From Tagaea sp. (GTDB taxonomy: Bacteria; Pseudomonadota; Alphaproteobacteria; CACIAM-22H2), in the NCBI GenBank assembly GCA_965279525.1, contig CBDIIB010000005.1, positions 1,760,001-1,824,000 of the forward strand: a stretch of 64,000 nucleotides of DNA, read 5' to 3'. Positions 32,115 through 42,998 of the stretch are shown here, piece by piece. Below the pieces are notes generated by a model. The model searched no databases and was not told the origin of the DNA. It saw only the letters and a list, made by a program, of their open reading frames with translations. How positions within the stretch are numbered: the first letter of the stretch is position 1; every line of letters begins with the position of its first letter. A program made the position numbers and the translations under genes.

Positions 32115-32732
32115 TCAGTGCGCGAAGATGTCTTCCTCGCCGTAGCCGAGCAGGTCGAGATCGGCGCGCGTGCCGAGGAAATCGAAGCAGGCCTGCGCCA
32201 GATGCGTGCGGCCTTCGCGCGCCAGCATGTCGTCGAGCTTCGCCTTGAGCGCATGAAGATAAAGCACGTCGGCGGCGGCGTAGTTGAGCTGGGACTGCGT
32301 GAGTTCGGCCGCCCCCCAGTCCGACGACTGCTGCTCCTTCGACAGTTCCTTGCCGATCAGGTCGCGGCACAAATCCTTGAGGCCATGGCGGTCGGTGAAG
32401 GTGCGCACCAGGCGCGAGGCGATCTTGGTGCAGTAGATGGGTGCCACGCGCACGCCCAGATACTTCAGGCTCATCGCGATGTCGAAGCGCGCGAAGTGGA
32501 AGATCTTCAGCGTCTTCGGGTCGGCGAGCAGCTTCTTGAGGTTGGGGGCGTCGTAGCTGCCCTTGGCGAAACGCACGCAGTGCGCGGTGCCGTCACCCGA
32601 CGAGAGCTGCACGACGCAAAGCCGGTCGCGCTCGGGCTTGAGGCCCATCGTCTCGGTGTCGACCGCCACGGAGGGCCCGAGATCGAGGCCGGCCGGCAGG
32701 TCGCCCTGATGCAGGTGGACAGTTGCGGCCAT
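32115..32732 (-). CDS. rnd: Ribonuclease D-like 3'-5' exonuclease
   Basis: VDTETMGL, FHFARFD, QSSDW, YAAADV (DEDDy). Confidence 0.88.
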   Translation of the reverse strand: MAATVHLHQGDLPAGLDLGPSVAVDTETMGLKPERDRLCVVQLSSGDGTAHCVRFAKGSYDAPNLKKLLADPKTLKIFHFARFDIAMSLKYLGVRVAPIYCTKIASRLVRTFTDRHGLKDLCRDLIGKELSKEQQSSDWGAAELTQSQLNYAAADVLYLHALKAKLDDMLAREGRTHLAQACFDFLGTRADLDLLGYGEEDIFAH

Positions 32733-32794
32733 GCTCGTCAGTTCCGTCCGTGCAAGTCCCGCATCGCTCCGGGCGGAGCGGCGGGAGGGAAAGT

Positions 32795-32881
32795 TGGTGC
32801 CCGAGAGAAGACTCGAACTTCCACGACCTTACGGCCACTAGAACCTGAATCTAGCGCGTCTACCAATTCCGCCACCCGGGC
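32795..32881 (-). tRNA. tRNA-Leu(CAG)
   Basis: GCCCGGG/CTCGGGC acceptor stem, CTAGA-TTCAGGT-TCTAG anticodon arm, long variable arm, TTCGA T-loop, encoded CCA; 87 nt. Confidence 0.96.
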
Positions 32882-33066
32882 ACCGGGCCTCCACGTCCGG
32901 AAAGACGCAGGGGATATCGCTTCGCGCGCGAAGGGCGAACGTGTACGCCGAAGGGCCTCGCGAAGTCAACGGCCCGGAAATCCCTGCCGGAACAAGGCCG
33001 AGCTTGACGTTGCCCGTCTTCGGCTCTATCGCGTGGGTCAGGCTTTTCCGGACAATGGGGTCGAAC

Positions 33067-34020
33067 ATGGAGCCGGGTCGTCGCGTCACCGTATTCGGGG
33101 GTTCGGGCTTCATCGGGCGCCATGTCGTGGGCAAGCTCGCCCGGCAGGGCTTTGTCGTGCGCGCCTGCGTGCGCGATCCCGTCGCCGCAGCGTTCCTCAA
33201 GCCCATGGGCAACGTGGGCCAGGTCGTGCCGATGCGCACGAGCCTTGCCGACGACGATGCTGCCCTTGCCGCCGCCGTCGAGGGATCGGACGCGGTCGTC
33301 AATCTCGTGGGCATCCTTGCCGAAAGCGGCACGCAGACCTTCGCCGCGTTGCAAGCCGAAGGGCCCGCGCGCCTGGCGCGCGTCGCCAAGGCGGCCGGTG
33401 TCGGGTCGTTCGTGCAGGTCTCGGCGCTGGGTGCCGACGCGAATTCCAAATCCGAATACGCGCGCTCCAAGGCAGCCGGCGAAGCCGGCGTGCGCGCTGC
33501 GTTTCCGGCGGCCACCATCATCCGCCCGTCGATCGTGATCGGCACCGAAGACAGCTTCTTCAACCGCTTCGCGCAGATGGCGACGTGGATGCCGGCGTTG
33601 CCGCTGATCGGCGGCGGCGAGACGAAGTTCCAGCCCGTCTATGTCGGCGACGTCGCCGAGGCGGTCGTGCGCGCGATCGGCAATCCGGCCGCACAGGGCA
33701 AGGTCTTCGAGGCCGTGGGGCCGCGCGTCTACACGTTCCGCGAACTGATGGAATACCTGCTCGTCACCATCGACCGCCATCGCGGGCTGATCCCGATCCC
33801 CTGGCCGCTCGCCGAGATCAAGGGAACGATCCTCGGCATGCTGCCGATCAAGTTCCTGACGCGCGACCAGGTCGAGCAGCTCAAGACCGACAATGTCGGC
33901 ACGGGTGCGCCGGGCCTCGAAGCGCTGGGCATCGCGCCCGCCGCGATGGAAGCGGTGGCGCCGGTCTATCTTGCCGCCTATCGCCGCGGCGGACGCTTCG
34001 CCAAGAAGGCGAGCGCCTAA
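33067..34020 (+). CDS. Complex I NDUFA9-like NAD(P)-binding protein
   Basis: VTVFGGSGFIG, LKPMGNVGQ, YARSK, FQPVYVGDVA. Confidence 0.9.
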   Translation: MEPGRRVTVFGGSGFIGRHVVGKLARQGFVVRACVRDPVAAAFLKPMGNVGQVVPMRTSLADDDAALAAAVEGSDAVVNLVGILAESGTQTFAALQAEGPARLARVAKAAGVGSFVQVSALGADANSKSEYARSKAAGEAGVRAAFPAATIIRPSIVIGTEDSFFNRFAQMATWMPALPLIGGGETKFQPVYVGDVAEAVVRAIGNPAAQGKVFEAVGPRVYTFRELMEYLLVTIDRHRGLIPIPWPLAEIKGTILGMLPIKFLTRDQVEQLKTDNVGTGAPGLEALGIAPAAMEAVAPVYLAAYRRGGRFAKKASA

Positions 34021-34026
34021 GCCGAC

Positions 34027-34623
34027 TCAGCGCCGTTCGAGGCGTTCGACGTCGGCCGACAGGCGACGCGCGACGAGCTTCAGGAGCTCGAAGCCGAAAG
34101 CCGGGTTCTGCAGTGCCGTCAGTTCCATGTCGCGCCGCGTCATGCGCGCGAGCGTGACCTTCGTTTTCGCGCGCGCGGTCGCGGTGCGCTTGTGCGAGGG
34201 CACCAGCAGCGCCACCTCGCCCAGCACCTGGCCCGCACCCAGGCTCTTCGACAGTTCCACGATCTCGATCTCGCCGTCGACGATCAGGTACATCTCCTCG
34301 CCCGGATCGCCGCGCTTGAACAGCACCTGGCCGGGCTCGAGCGTCTCGCGGCTGACGAACGCGAAGAGATTGCCGGCCGACGGTTCGCCGTCGCCGGTGA
34401 GCCGGCGCAGCGTGGCGCGCGCCTCGAAATAGCGCCACGCGTTGATCGCCAGCGCCATCGCACAGCCGATCCACAGCCATGCGATCTGGTTCGTCGCACC
34501 CGCCGCGATGCCGAGCAGGCAAGCCGCCATCGCGAAAACGCGCAAGCCCGGCATGGTCCGCATGAACGCGGCGAGCAGGGCGAGTAGGAGGGCCAGCGGC
34601 CCCAGAACGACCGGGATTTCCAT
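34027..34623 (-). CDS. Membrane protein with cyclic-nucleotide-binding domain
   Basis: Three N-terminal TM, LFKRGDPGEEMY, GEVALL...RTATA. Confidence 0.8.
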   Translation of the reverse strand: MEIPVVLGPLALLLALLAAFMRTMPGLRVFAMAACLLGIAAGATNQIAWLWIGCAMALAINAWRYFEARATLRRLTGDGEPSAGNLFAFVSRETLEPGQVLFKRGDPGEEMYLIVDGEIEIVELSKSLGAGQVLGEVALLVPSHKRTATARAKTKVTLARMTRRDMELTALQNPAFGFELLKLVARRLSADVERLERR

Positions 34624-34673
34624 CGCGCTGTTGTCGCGCGGAACCGGCGTGCCACGCAAGCGTACCCGGGCAC

Positions 34674-36131
34674 CTAATCGCGCGGACGCAACGCGCGCAC
34701 GCGCAGGGCGCCGTCGGCCGCCGGCACGAAATCCGTCAGGCGCACGCTCTGGGCAAAGAGCGTCGCACCGTGGTGGAGGAAGATCGCCGGCATGTCCGCG
34801 CGCAGCGGCACCATCGCGCGTGCATAGTGTTTCCGGCGTGCGTCGGTGTCGGGTGTGGCGCGCGCCGCGTCGAGGGCGGCGTCGACCGCCGGATGGCAAT
34901 AGCCCGCATCGTTGCGCGCCCCCCGGCAATGGAAATGCGCGTAGGCGCCGTCGTCGGGATCGGGCCCGCCGCGCCAGGCGACGAGGGCCGTGTCGAAATC
35001 GCCGTTCTGCACGCGCTGGGCGGCGGCGGCCGGTCCGAGCACGACAAGGCGGATCGCGATGCCGGCCGCCTGCGCCTGTGCTGCCAGGGCACGCGCCACC
35101 GCGATGTCCTCGCCGCGCGCCGGCACGACCATCTCGAACGCGAGGCCGGCAATACCGGCCGGCGATCCGCCGCGCGGCGCAAGCGCGGTGTCGAAAAGCG
35201 TGCCCGGTGCGCTCCAGCGGTCGCCCGGTTCGTGCGGACCGTTCCCGGCATCGCGCACGAGTGCGGCCCGGTCGAGGGTGCGCTCGAGTGCCGCGCGCGC
35301 TGCCGCGTCGTGCCGGCCGCGTTTCAGGTTGAACAGGATCGCGCGCCAGCCCGGCTCGACGGCGCGCACGACGCGAATGCGCCGGTCGCCGGCAAGATCC
35401 GCGATGTCGGCCGGTGCGATGCCGCCGACAAGATCGAGCGCGCCGGCGCGAAGCCTTGCAAGGCGCAGCGCGGCTTCGCCGACCGGCACGAACGCGACGT
35501 GTGCGAAGGGATAGGCGTCGCGGTCCCAGTGCGCGTCGTCGCGTGCCAGCACCAGCGTGCCGTCGGGCCGGCGTTCCGCGAAACGGTAGGGGCCCGCACA
35601 GGCCGCGTCGTCGGCGTCTTCGGCCGCCGGCCGGGTGATCATGCCGGCCCGCCCGGCAAGTCGGGACAGCAGAGGGGAATAGGCGCGGTCGAGATCGAGA
35701 CGCACGCGCGTCGGCGTTTCGGCCGCGACGTGTGCGACCGCACCAAGCTCGGCGCGCCGGGCCGATTGCGGCAGGCCGCGCGCGCGATCGAGCGATGCCT
35801 TGACCGCGGCGGCGTCGATTGGCGTGCCGTCGGCGAAATTCGCGTCGTCGCGCAGCTCCAGCGTCAGGGTCTTCGCGTCGGCCGCGAAGGTCCAGGTGCG
35901 CGCGAGTGCCGGCACCGGCCGGCCGTCGGCATCGAGGGCGACAAGCGTGTCACACATCGCCGGCAGCAGACTGTCGCCGGCGGCCGTGCGGTCGAGGATC
36001 GGGTCGAGCCCGGACTGCACGCCGGCCACTCCGATGCGCAGCGTGTCGGCCGCGACCGGCGCGAAGCATGCATGGGCCACGAACAAGGCTGCCCATATGC
36101 ATAGTCTCTTTTCGGTACTAATTTTGATCAT
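34674..36131 (-). CDS. Orphan family-5 (peptide/nickel) ABC substrate-binding protein; start uncertain
   Basis: LDP, PALA..W, LR...FADG.P..A..VK.S, AGPY, N..GYC.P.VD. Confidence 0.78.
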   Translation of the reverse strand: MIKISTEKRLCIWAALFVAHACFAPVAADTLRIGVAGVQSGLDPILDRTAAGDSLLPAMCDTLVALDADGRPVPALARTWTFAADAKTLTLELRDDANFADGTPIDAAAVKASLDRARGLPQSARRAELGAVAHVAAETPTRVRLDLDRAYSPLLSRLAGRAGMITRPAAEDADDAACAGPYRFAERRPDGTLVLARDDAHWDRDAYPFAHVAFVPVGEAALRLARLRAGALDLVGGIAPADIADLAGDRRIRVVRAVEPGWRAILFNLKRGRHDAAARAALERTLDRAALVRDAGNGPHEPGDRWSAPGTLFDTALAPRGGSPAGIAGLAFEMVVPARGEDIAVARALAAQAQAAGIAIRLVVLGPAAAAQRVQNGDFDTALVAWRGGPDPDDGAYAHFHCRGARNDAGYCHPAVDAALDAARATPDTDARRKHYARAMVPLRADMPAIFLHHGATLFAQSVRLTDFVPAADGALRVRALRPRD

Positions 36132-36285
36132 GATTTTGGCATCGAGGGCGAATTTGGATCGCTTGGGACTTGAGGCTCAAAATTTAGTTAACCGTTACTG
36201 ACCTATTTGTCGTTTTTCACTATTCCAGGCTGGAAAACCTCCTCTATATGAAACTTCCTTTCCCTTCCCGACCAGGACTTTGCCG

Positions 36286-37767
36286 ATGGCGACCACCAGC
36301 AAGATGCTGCACTTCGTCGACACCGACCAGAAGATGCCGGACAAGCGCGCCGCCACCCAGCGCAAGCGCGATTTCGACGAAATCTACGCCGAGTTCGACA
36401 AGGAGTCCGCCGCCACGCAGGCCGGGCGCTGCTCGCAGTGCGGCGTGCCGTTCTGCCAGGTCCATTGCCCGGTCTCGAACAACATCCCCGACTGGCTGAA
36501 GCTGACGGCCGAGGGCCGCCTCGAAGAGGCCTACGAGATCAGCCAGGCGACCAACACATTCCCCGAGATCTGCGGGCGCATCTGCCCGCAGGACCGGCTG
36601 TGCGAGGGCAACTGCGTCATCGAGAAGGGCTTCGATTCCGTCACGATCGGCTCGGTCGAGAAATACATCACCGACACCGCGTTCGAGAAGGGCTGGGTCA
36701 AGCCCGTCAAGCCGCCGGTCGAACGGCCGCAGTCGGTCGGCATCATCGGTGCCGGCCCCGGCGGCATGGCGGCGGCGGACGCGCTCCGCCGCAAGGGCTA
36801 TCAGGTCCATATCTACGACCGCTACGACCGGGCGGGCGGGCTGATGATCTACGGCATCCCGAACTTCAAGCTCGAGAAGGACGTGGTGCAGCGCCGCCAG
36901 AAGCTGTTCGAGGCGGGCGACATCAAGTTCCACCTCAATTTCGAAGTGGGCCGCGACGCCACCCTCGCCGACCTGCGCGCCAAGCACGACGCGATCCTCG
37001 TGGCGACGGGCGTGTACAAGCCGCGTGCCCTCGAAGCGCCCGGCTCGGGCCTTGCCAACATCATCCCCGCGATGACCTACCTGACCGCGTCCAACCGCAA
37101 GGGCCTGGGCGATGCGGTGCCCGAGTTCGACGACGGCACGCTCGACGCCGAAGGCAAGCACGTCGTCGTCATCGGCGGCGGCGACACGGCGATGGACTGC
37201 GTGCGCACGGCCGTGCGCCAGGGCGCCAAGTCGGTGAAGTGTCTCTATCGCCGCGACAAGAAGAACATGCCGGGCTCGCAGCGCGAGGTCTACAACGCCG
37301 AGGAAGAAGGCGTGGAGTTCGTCTGGCTCGCGGCCCCCGAGGCGTTCGTCGCGAAGGCGTCGAAGGGCAAGAAGAAGTCGGGGGCCGAGCCCGTCGGCAC
37401 CGTGCGCGCCTATCGCATGCGCCTGGGCATCGCCGATGCCACCGGCCGGCAGGTGCCCGAGAAGATCGAGGACAGCAATTTCGACCTGCCCTGCGACATC
37501 GCGATCCAGGCGCTGGGCTTCGATCCCGAAGACGTGCCGCAGATGTTCGGCGCACCCGAGCTTGCCGTCACGCGCTGGGGCACGCTGAAAGTGAACCACC
37601 GCACGATGATGACTTCGCTCGACGGCGTGTTCGCCGCCGGCGACATCGTGCGCGGCGCGTCGCTCGTCGTCTGGGCGATCCGCGACGGGCGCGATGCCGC
37701 CGACGCCATGCACAAGTATCTCGCCGCCAAGGCCAAGCCCGCGACGGTCGTCGCGGCGGCCGAGTAG
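36286..37767 (+). CDS. gltD: Glutamate synthase small subunit
   Basis: RCSQCGVPFC..CP, CGRICP, GAGPGG, GGGDTAMDC. Confidence 0.96.
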   Translation: MATTSKMLHFVDTDQKMPDKRAATQRKRDFDEIYAEFDKESAATQAGRCSQCGVPFCQVHCPVSNNIPDWLKLTAEGRLEEAYEISQATNTFPEICGRICPQDRLCEGNCVIEKGFDSVTIGSVEKYITDTAFEKGWVKPVKPPVERPQSVGIIGAGPGGMAAADALRRKGYQVHIYDRYDRAGGLMIYGIPNFKLEKDVVQRRQKLFEAGDIKFHLNFEVGRDATLADLRAKHDAILVATGVYKPRALEAPGSGLANIIPAMTYLTASNRKGLGDAVPEFDDGTLDAEGKHVVVIGGGDTAMDCVRTAVRQGAKSVKCLYRRDKKNMPGSQREVYNAEEEGVEFVWLAAPEAFVAKASKGKKKSGAEPVGTVRAYRMRLGIADATGRQVPEKIEDSNFDLPCDIAIQALGFDPEDVPQMFGAPELAVTRWGTLKVNHRTMMTSLDGVFAAGDIVRGASLVVWAIRDGRDAADAMHKYLAAKAKPATVVAAAE

Positions 37768-37781
37768 GGAAGGGTCCCGCC

Positions 37782-40700
37782 ATGACCGACCGGATCGACC
37801 AGGGCACGCGCGACGTGCGCGAATTCGAAGCCAACGCCGCGAAGCTGATCGAGGGGCACGCCTACGATCCCGCCGACGAGCACGACGCGTGCGGCGTTGG
37901 CCTGATCGCCGCGATCGACGGCAAGCCGCGCCGCGCCGTGGTCGAGGCGGGCATCGCGGCCCTGAAGGCCGTGTGGCACCGCGGTGCCGTCGACGCCGAC
38001 GGCAAGACCGGCGACGGGGCCGGCATCCATATCGAGATCGCGCAGGACTTCTTCAAGGCGCACATCGCGCGCCAGGGCGTGAAGCCGTCGGACGCGCGCG
38101 TCGCGGTCGGGCAGGTCTTCCTGCCGCGCAACGATCTCGACGGGCAGGAGCGCTGCCGCACCATCGTCGAGACCGAGATCCTGAAGATGGGCTACGCCGT
38201 CTATGGCTGGCGCCAGGTGCCGATCGATACCTCGGTGTGCGGCGAGAAGGCCAACGCCACGCGCCCCGAGATCGAGCAGATCATGGTCCACAACGCGCGC
38301 AACGTGGCCGAGGACCAGTTCGAGCTCGACCTCTATGTCGTGCGCCGGCGCATCGAGAAGCAGGCGCTCGCCGAGAACCTCGTCGATTTCTACATCTGCT
38401 CGCTGTCGTGCCGCTCGATCATCTACAAGGGCATGTTCCTGGCCGAAGTGCTGTCGGTCTTCTATCCCGACCTCACGGACGAACGCTTCGTGTCGTCCTT
38501 CGCGATCTACCACCAGCGCTATTCGACCAACACGTTCCCGACCTGGAAGCTCGCCCAGCCCTTCCGCACGCTCGCGCACAACGGCGAGATCAACACCGTG
38601 CGCGGCAACGTCAACTGGATGAAGAGCCACGAGACGCGCATGGCGCACGAGCTGTTCGGCGCCAGCGTGGACGATCTCAAGCCCGTCGTGCAGCCGGGCT
38701 CGGACTCCGCCCAGATGGACAACGTCTTCGAACTGCTGGTGCGCGGCGGACGCGTGCTGCCGATGGTCAAGACGATGATGATGCCGCAGGCGTGGTCCTA
38801 TGCCGACAAGACGCCGCAGCACATCCGCAACATGTACGCCTACGCGAACTCGGTCATGGAGCCGTGGGACGGCCCGGCCGCCATCGCGGCAACCGACGGC
38901 AAGTGGGTGCTGGCCGGCATGGACCGCAACGGCCTGCGCCCGTGCCGCTACACGATCACCGCCGACGGCATGCTGATCGTGGGTTCCGAAGCCGGCATGG
39001 TGAAGGTCGACGAGCAGAACGTGGTCGAGAAGGGCCGCGTGGGTCCCGGCCAGATGGTCGCGGTCAATCTCGGCGAGGGCAAGTTCTTCCGCGACCACGA
39101 GCTCAAGGAATGGCTCGCGCGCTCGCGCCCGTTCGGCGACTGGACGAAGAACATCACCGTCATCGACCAGATCGTGAAGGCCGATGCCGAACCCAGGCAG
39201 GAACTGGCGCGCGACGAGCTGCGCCGGCGCATGCTCGCGGTCGGCTGGACGCTCGAGGATCTCGAGCTGATCCTGCATCCGATGGTCGAGGACGCCAAGG
39301 AAGCCGTCGGCTCGATGGGCGACGACACGCCCATCGCGGTGCTGTCTGACAAGTTCCGCGGCCTGCATCATTTCTTCCGCCAGAATTTCAGCCAGGTCAC
39401 GAACCCGCCGATCGACAGCTTGCGCGAACGGCGCGTGATGACGCTGCGCACGCGGCTCGGGAATCTGGGCAACATCCTCGACGAGGACGAGAGCCAGTGC
39501 CGCCTGTTGCAGCTCGAAAGCCCCGTGCTGCTGAACGAGGAATTCGAGGCGATGCGCACCTATATGGGTGCCACCGCCGTCGAGGTCGACTGCACGTTCG
39601 ATCCCGCACAGGGCGAATACGCGCTGCGCGATGCGCTGAAGCGCGTCCAGCGCGAGGCCGAGGACGGCGTGCGCGGCGGTGCCGTCCACCTGATCCTGTC
39701 GGACAAGAACCAGGGGCCGACGAAGGCACCCATCCCGATGATCCTTGCCGCCGGCGGCGTGCACACGCATCTGGTGCGCCAGCAGCTGCGCACCTTCACG
39801 TCGCTCAACGTGCGCTCGGGCGAATGCCTCGACGTGCATTTCTTCGCCGTGCTGATCGGCGTGGGCGCCACGACCGTCAACGCGTACCTGGCGCAGGAAG
39901 CCATCGCCGACCGCCACCGGCGCAACCTGTTCCCGGGCATGACCCTCAAGGAATGCGCCGAGCGCTACCGCAAGGCGATCGACGAGGGCCTGCTGAAGAC
40001 GATGTCGAAGATGGGCATCTCCATCGTGTCGTCCTATCGCGGCGGCTACAATTTCGAGACCGTCGGCCTGTCGCGCACGCTGATCTCGGAATTCTTCCCC
40101 GGCATGACGAGCCGGATTTCCGGCATCGGGCTGACCGGCATCCAGAAGAAGGCGGGCGAACTGCACGCCCGCGCGTTCCGCGAAGACGTGATCGCGTTGC
40201 CCGTCGGCGGCTTCTACCGCTTCCGCAAGTCGGGCGAAGCGCATTTCTGGGAAGGCGAGCTCATCCACGTGCTCCAGCGCGCGGTCGAGTCCGACTCCTA
40301 CGCGACATATCGCAAGTTCTCGGAAGGTTGCCGCAAGCTGCCGCCGATCAATTTGCGGGATCTCTTGGACTTCAAGCCGGGCCGCAAGGCGATCCCGGTC
40401 GACGACGTCGAGAGCATCACGGAAATCCGCAAGCGGCTCGTGGCCCCCGGAATCTCGCTGGGCGCCCTCGGGCCGGAAGCACACGAGACGCTGACCATCG
40501 CGATGAACCGGATCGGCGCCAAGTCGGACTCCGGTGAAGGTGGCGAAGATCCGGCCCGCTACCGCCCGCGCCCCAACGGCGACAATGCGTCTTCCGCGAT
40601 CAAGCAGGTCGCCTCGGGGCGCTTCGGCGTGACGGCGGAATACCTCAACAACTGCCGCGAGCTCGAGATCAAGGTGGCGCAGGGTGCCAAGCCCGGCGAG

Positions 40701-42338
40701 GGCGGCCAGCTTCCGGGTGCGAAAGTCACCGACCTGATCGCGCGGCTGCGCCATTCCACGCCCGGCGTCACGCTCATCAGCCCGCCGCCGCACCACGACA
40801 TCTACTCGATCGAGGATCTGGCCCAGCTCATCTATGACCTGAAGCAGATCAATCCCGAAGCGCAGGTGTGCGTGAAGCTGGTGGCGCGCTCGGGCATCGG
40901 CACGATCGCCGCCGGTGTCGCCAAGGCCAAGGCCGACGCGATCCTGATTTCCGGCCATGTCGGCGGGACGGGTGCTTCCCCGCAATCGTCGATCAAGTAC
41001 GCAGGATTGCCATGGGAGATGGGCCTCAGCGAGACCAACCAGGTCCTGACGCTCAACCGCCTGCGCCACCGCGTGAAGCTGCGCGTGGACGGCGGCATCC
41101 GCACCGGGCGCGACGTCGTCGTCGGCGCCATGCTGGGGGCCGACGAGTTCGGCATCGGCACGGCCAGCCTCGTGGCGATGGGCTGCATCATGGTGCGCCA
41201 GTGCCACTCGAACACCTGCCCGGTGGGCGTGTGCACGCAGGACCCCAAGCTGCGCGCCAAGTTCGAGGGAACGCCCGAGAAGGTCGTCAACCTCTTCACC
41301 TTCGTGGCCGAGGAAGTGCGCGAAATCCTTGCCTCGCTCGGCTTCAAGTCGCTGAAGGACGTGATCGGCCGCTCGGACCTGCTCACGCAGGTTCTGCGCG
41401 GCGACGAGAGCCTCGACGATCTCGATCTCAATCCGCTTCTAGTGCAGGCGGACCCGGGCGAATACCCGCGCTATTGCACGCTGGTGGGCCGCAACGAAGT
41501 GCCCGAGACGCTCGACGAGCAGATGATCGCCGACGCGGCACCAGCCCTCGAAGGCGGCGAGAAGATGCAGCTCGCCTACAACATCCGCAACGTCTACCGC
41601 GCGATCGGCACGAAGCTGTCGTCGAAGATCACGCGCAAGTACGGCATGACCGGCCTCAAGCCCGGCCACATCACGATCCGCCTGCGCGGCTCGGCCGGCC
41701 AGTCGCTGGGTGCTTTCGCCGTGCAAGGCATCAAGCTCGAGGTGTTCGGCGATGCCAACGACTATGTCGGCAAGGGCCTGTCGGGCGGCACCATCGTGGT
41801 GCGCCCGGTCACGTCCTCGCCGCTGGTCTCGCAGGCCAACACGATCATCGGCAACACGGTGCTCTATGGCGCCACCGCCGGGCGGCTGTTCGCGGCCGGC
41901 CAGGCGGCCGAACGGTTCGGCGTGCGCAACTCGGGTGCCACCGCCGTGGTCGAGGGCTGCGGCTCCAACGGGCTCGAATACATGACCGGCGGGACGGTCG
42001 CGATCCTGGGTCCGGTCGGCGACAATTTCGGCGCCGGCATGACCGGCGGCATGGCGTTCGTCTATGACGCGGATGGCGGCTTTGCCGACCGCGTCAACAC
42101 CGAGACGGTGATCGTGCAGGGCGTGGAGACCGCGCACTGGGAAGGCGTCTTGAAGGAACTGATCGAAGAGCATGTGCGCGAGACCCAGTCCAAGCACGCG
42201 CGCGGCCTGCTCGCCGACTGGGACCGCGAGGTCGGCAAGTTCCGCCAGGTCGTGCCGAAAGAGATGATGGCGCGCCTCGCGCATCCGGTGCGTCGGGCCG
42301 ATCTCAAGCATTCGCGCCAGCAGGCCGGCGACGACTGA
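37782..42338 (+). CDS. gltB: Glutamate synthase large subunit
   Basis: EHDACGVG, HQRYSTNT, HNGEINT, QGAKPGEGGQL, C..VRQCH...C, GXGXG domain. Confidence 0.97.
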   Translation: MTDRIDQGTRDVREFEANAAKLIEGHAYDPADEHDACGVGLIAAIDGKPRRAVVEAGIAALKAVWHRGAVDADGKTGDGAGIHIEIAQDFFKAHIARQGVKPSDARVAVGQVFLPRNDLDGQERCRTIVETEILKMGYAVYGWRQVPIDTSVCGEKANATRPEIEQIMVHNARNVAEDQFELDLYVVRRRIEKQALAENLVDFYICSLSCRSIIYKGMFLAEVLSVFYPDLTDERFVSSFAIYHQRYSTNTFPTWKLAQPFRTLAHNGEINTVRGNVNWMKSHETRMAHELFGASVDDLKPVVQPGSDSAQMDNVFELLVRGGRVLPMVKTMMMPQAWSYADKTPQHIRNMYAYANSVMEPWDGPAAIAATDGKWVLAGMDRNGLRPCRYTITADGMLIVGSEAGMVKVDEQNVVEKGRVGPGQMVAVNLGEGKFFRDHELKEWLARSRPFGDWTKNITVIDQIVKADAEPRQELARDELRRRMLAVGWTLEDLELILHPMVEDAKEAVGSMGDDTPIAVLSDKFRGLHHFFRQNFSQVTNPPIDSLRERRVMTLRTRLGNLGNILDEDESQCRLLQLESPVLLNEEFEAMRTYMGATAVEVDCTFDPAQGEYALRDALKRVQREAEDGVRGGAVHLILSDKNQGPTKAPIPMILAAGGVHTHLVRQQLRTFTSLNVRSGECLDVHFFAVLIGVGATTVNAYLAQEAIADRHRRNLFPGMTLKECAERYRKAIDEGLLKTMSKMGISIVSSYRGGYNFETVGLSRTLISEFFPGMTSRISGIGLTGIQKKAGELHARAFREDVIALPVGGFYRFRKSGEAHFWEGELIHVLQRAVESDSYATYRKFSEGCRKLPPINLRDLLDFKPGRKAIPVDDVESITEIRKRLVAPGISLGALGPEAHETLTIAMNRIGAKSDSGEGGEDPARYRPRPNGDNASSAIKQVASGRFGVTAEYLNNCRELEIKVAQGAKPGEGGQLPGAKVTDLIARLRHSTPGVTLISPPPHHDIYSIEDLAQLIYDLKQINPEAQVCVKLVARSGIGTIAAGVAKAKADAILISGHVGGTGASPQSSIKYAGLPWEMGLSETNQVLTLNRLRHRVKLRVDGGIRTGRDVVVGAMLGADEFGIGTASLVAMGCIMVRQCHSNTCPVGVCTQDPKLRAKFEGTPEKVVNLFTFVAEEVREILASLGFKSLKDVIGRSDLLTQVLRGDESLDDLDLNPLLVQADPGEYPRYCTLVGRNEVPETLDEQMIADAAPALEGGEKMQLAYNIRNVYRAIGTKLSSKITRKYGMTGLKPGHITIRLRGSAGQSLGAFAVQGIKLEVFGDANDYVGKGLSGGTIVVRPVTSSPLVSQANTIIGNTVLYGATAGRLFAAGQAAERFGVRNSGATAVVEGCGSNGLEYMTGGTVAILGPVGDNFGAGMTGGMAFVYDADGGFADRVNTETVIVQGVETAHWEGVLKELIEEHVRETQSKHARGLLADWDREVGKFRQVVPKEMMARLAHPVRRADLKHSRQQAGDD

Positions 42339-42350
42339 GCGCCGGTCCCC

Positions 42351-42998
42351 GTGACGCCGCCACGCCTCTGGCTGCGCCTGATCCCTGTCGGCCTCGTGCT
42401 GGCGGGGGCGGCCGTCGCGTTCGCGCGGCGCGACGAGATCACGCCGGCGGCGATCGAGGCGGGCATCGGCCTTGTCGGTCCGTGGATGGGACCGGCCTTC
42501 GTGCTCGCCCATGTCGCCACGTCGCTGGTGTCGGTGCCGCGCTGGGCGATGGCGATCGTCGCGGGGCTGCTTTTCGGTCTTGTCGGCGGAACCTTCTGGT
42601 CGCTTGCCGGCACGCTTGCAGGAACGTCGGCAGGTTTCTTCCTCGCGCGATTCGTCAACTCGGGCGCTTTCGTGCCGCACGACCTGCCGCGCGTCGGCCC
42701 GTGGATCGCGCGCGCCGAAGCCGGCGGCTGGCGCACGATCGCACTCGCGCGCCTGCTTCCCGTACCCGGGGCCGCGGTCAATTACGGCTTCGGCCTGTCG
42801 GCGATCGGCTATCGCGACTTCGCGTGTGGCACGGTGCTGGGTTCGGTGCCGGCGGCAATCGTGTTCGCCAATCTGGGGGCGGCCGGCTGGTCCGATCCGG
42901 CGGCCGCACGAATCGAGCTGATCGGGGCGGTGGCGTTGGGCCTGGCGCTGGTGGCGCTGTCCGTGTTGCTGCCACGCTTTCTCGCACGGTCTACATGA
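42351..42998 (+). CDS. TVP38/TMEM64 (VTT/DedA) membrane protein
   Basis: AGLLFG...G, ARLLPVP..VNY..G. Confidence 0.8.
   Translation: MTPPRLWLRLIPVGLVLAGAAVAFARRDEITPAAIEAGIGLVGPWMGPAFVLAHVATSLVSVPRWAMAIVAGLLFGLVGGTFWSLAGTLAGTSAGFFLARFVNSGAFVPHDLPRVGPWIARAEAGGWRTIALARLLPVPGAAVNYGFGLSAIGYRDFACGTVLGSVPAAIVFANLGAAGWSDPAAARIELIGAVALGLALVALSVLLPRFLARST

Noticed and set aside
32795-32881. tRNA-Leu as integration site
   Set aside because: Flanked by housekeeping genes; no integrase or duplicated 3' end noticed
37410-41207. 1265-aa antisense ORF and similar long shadow ORFs
   Set aside because: Expected from high-GC codon bias opposite real genes; Arg/Ala-rich with no motifs
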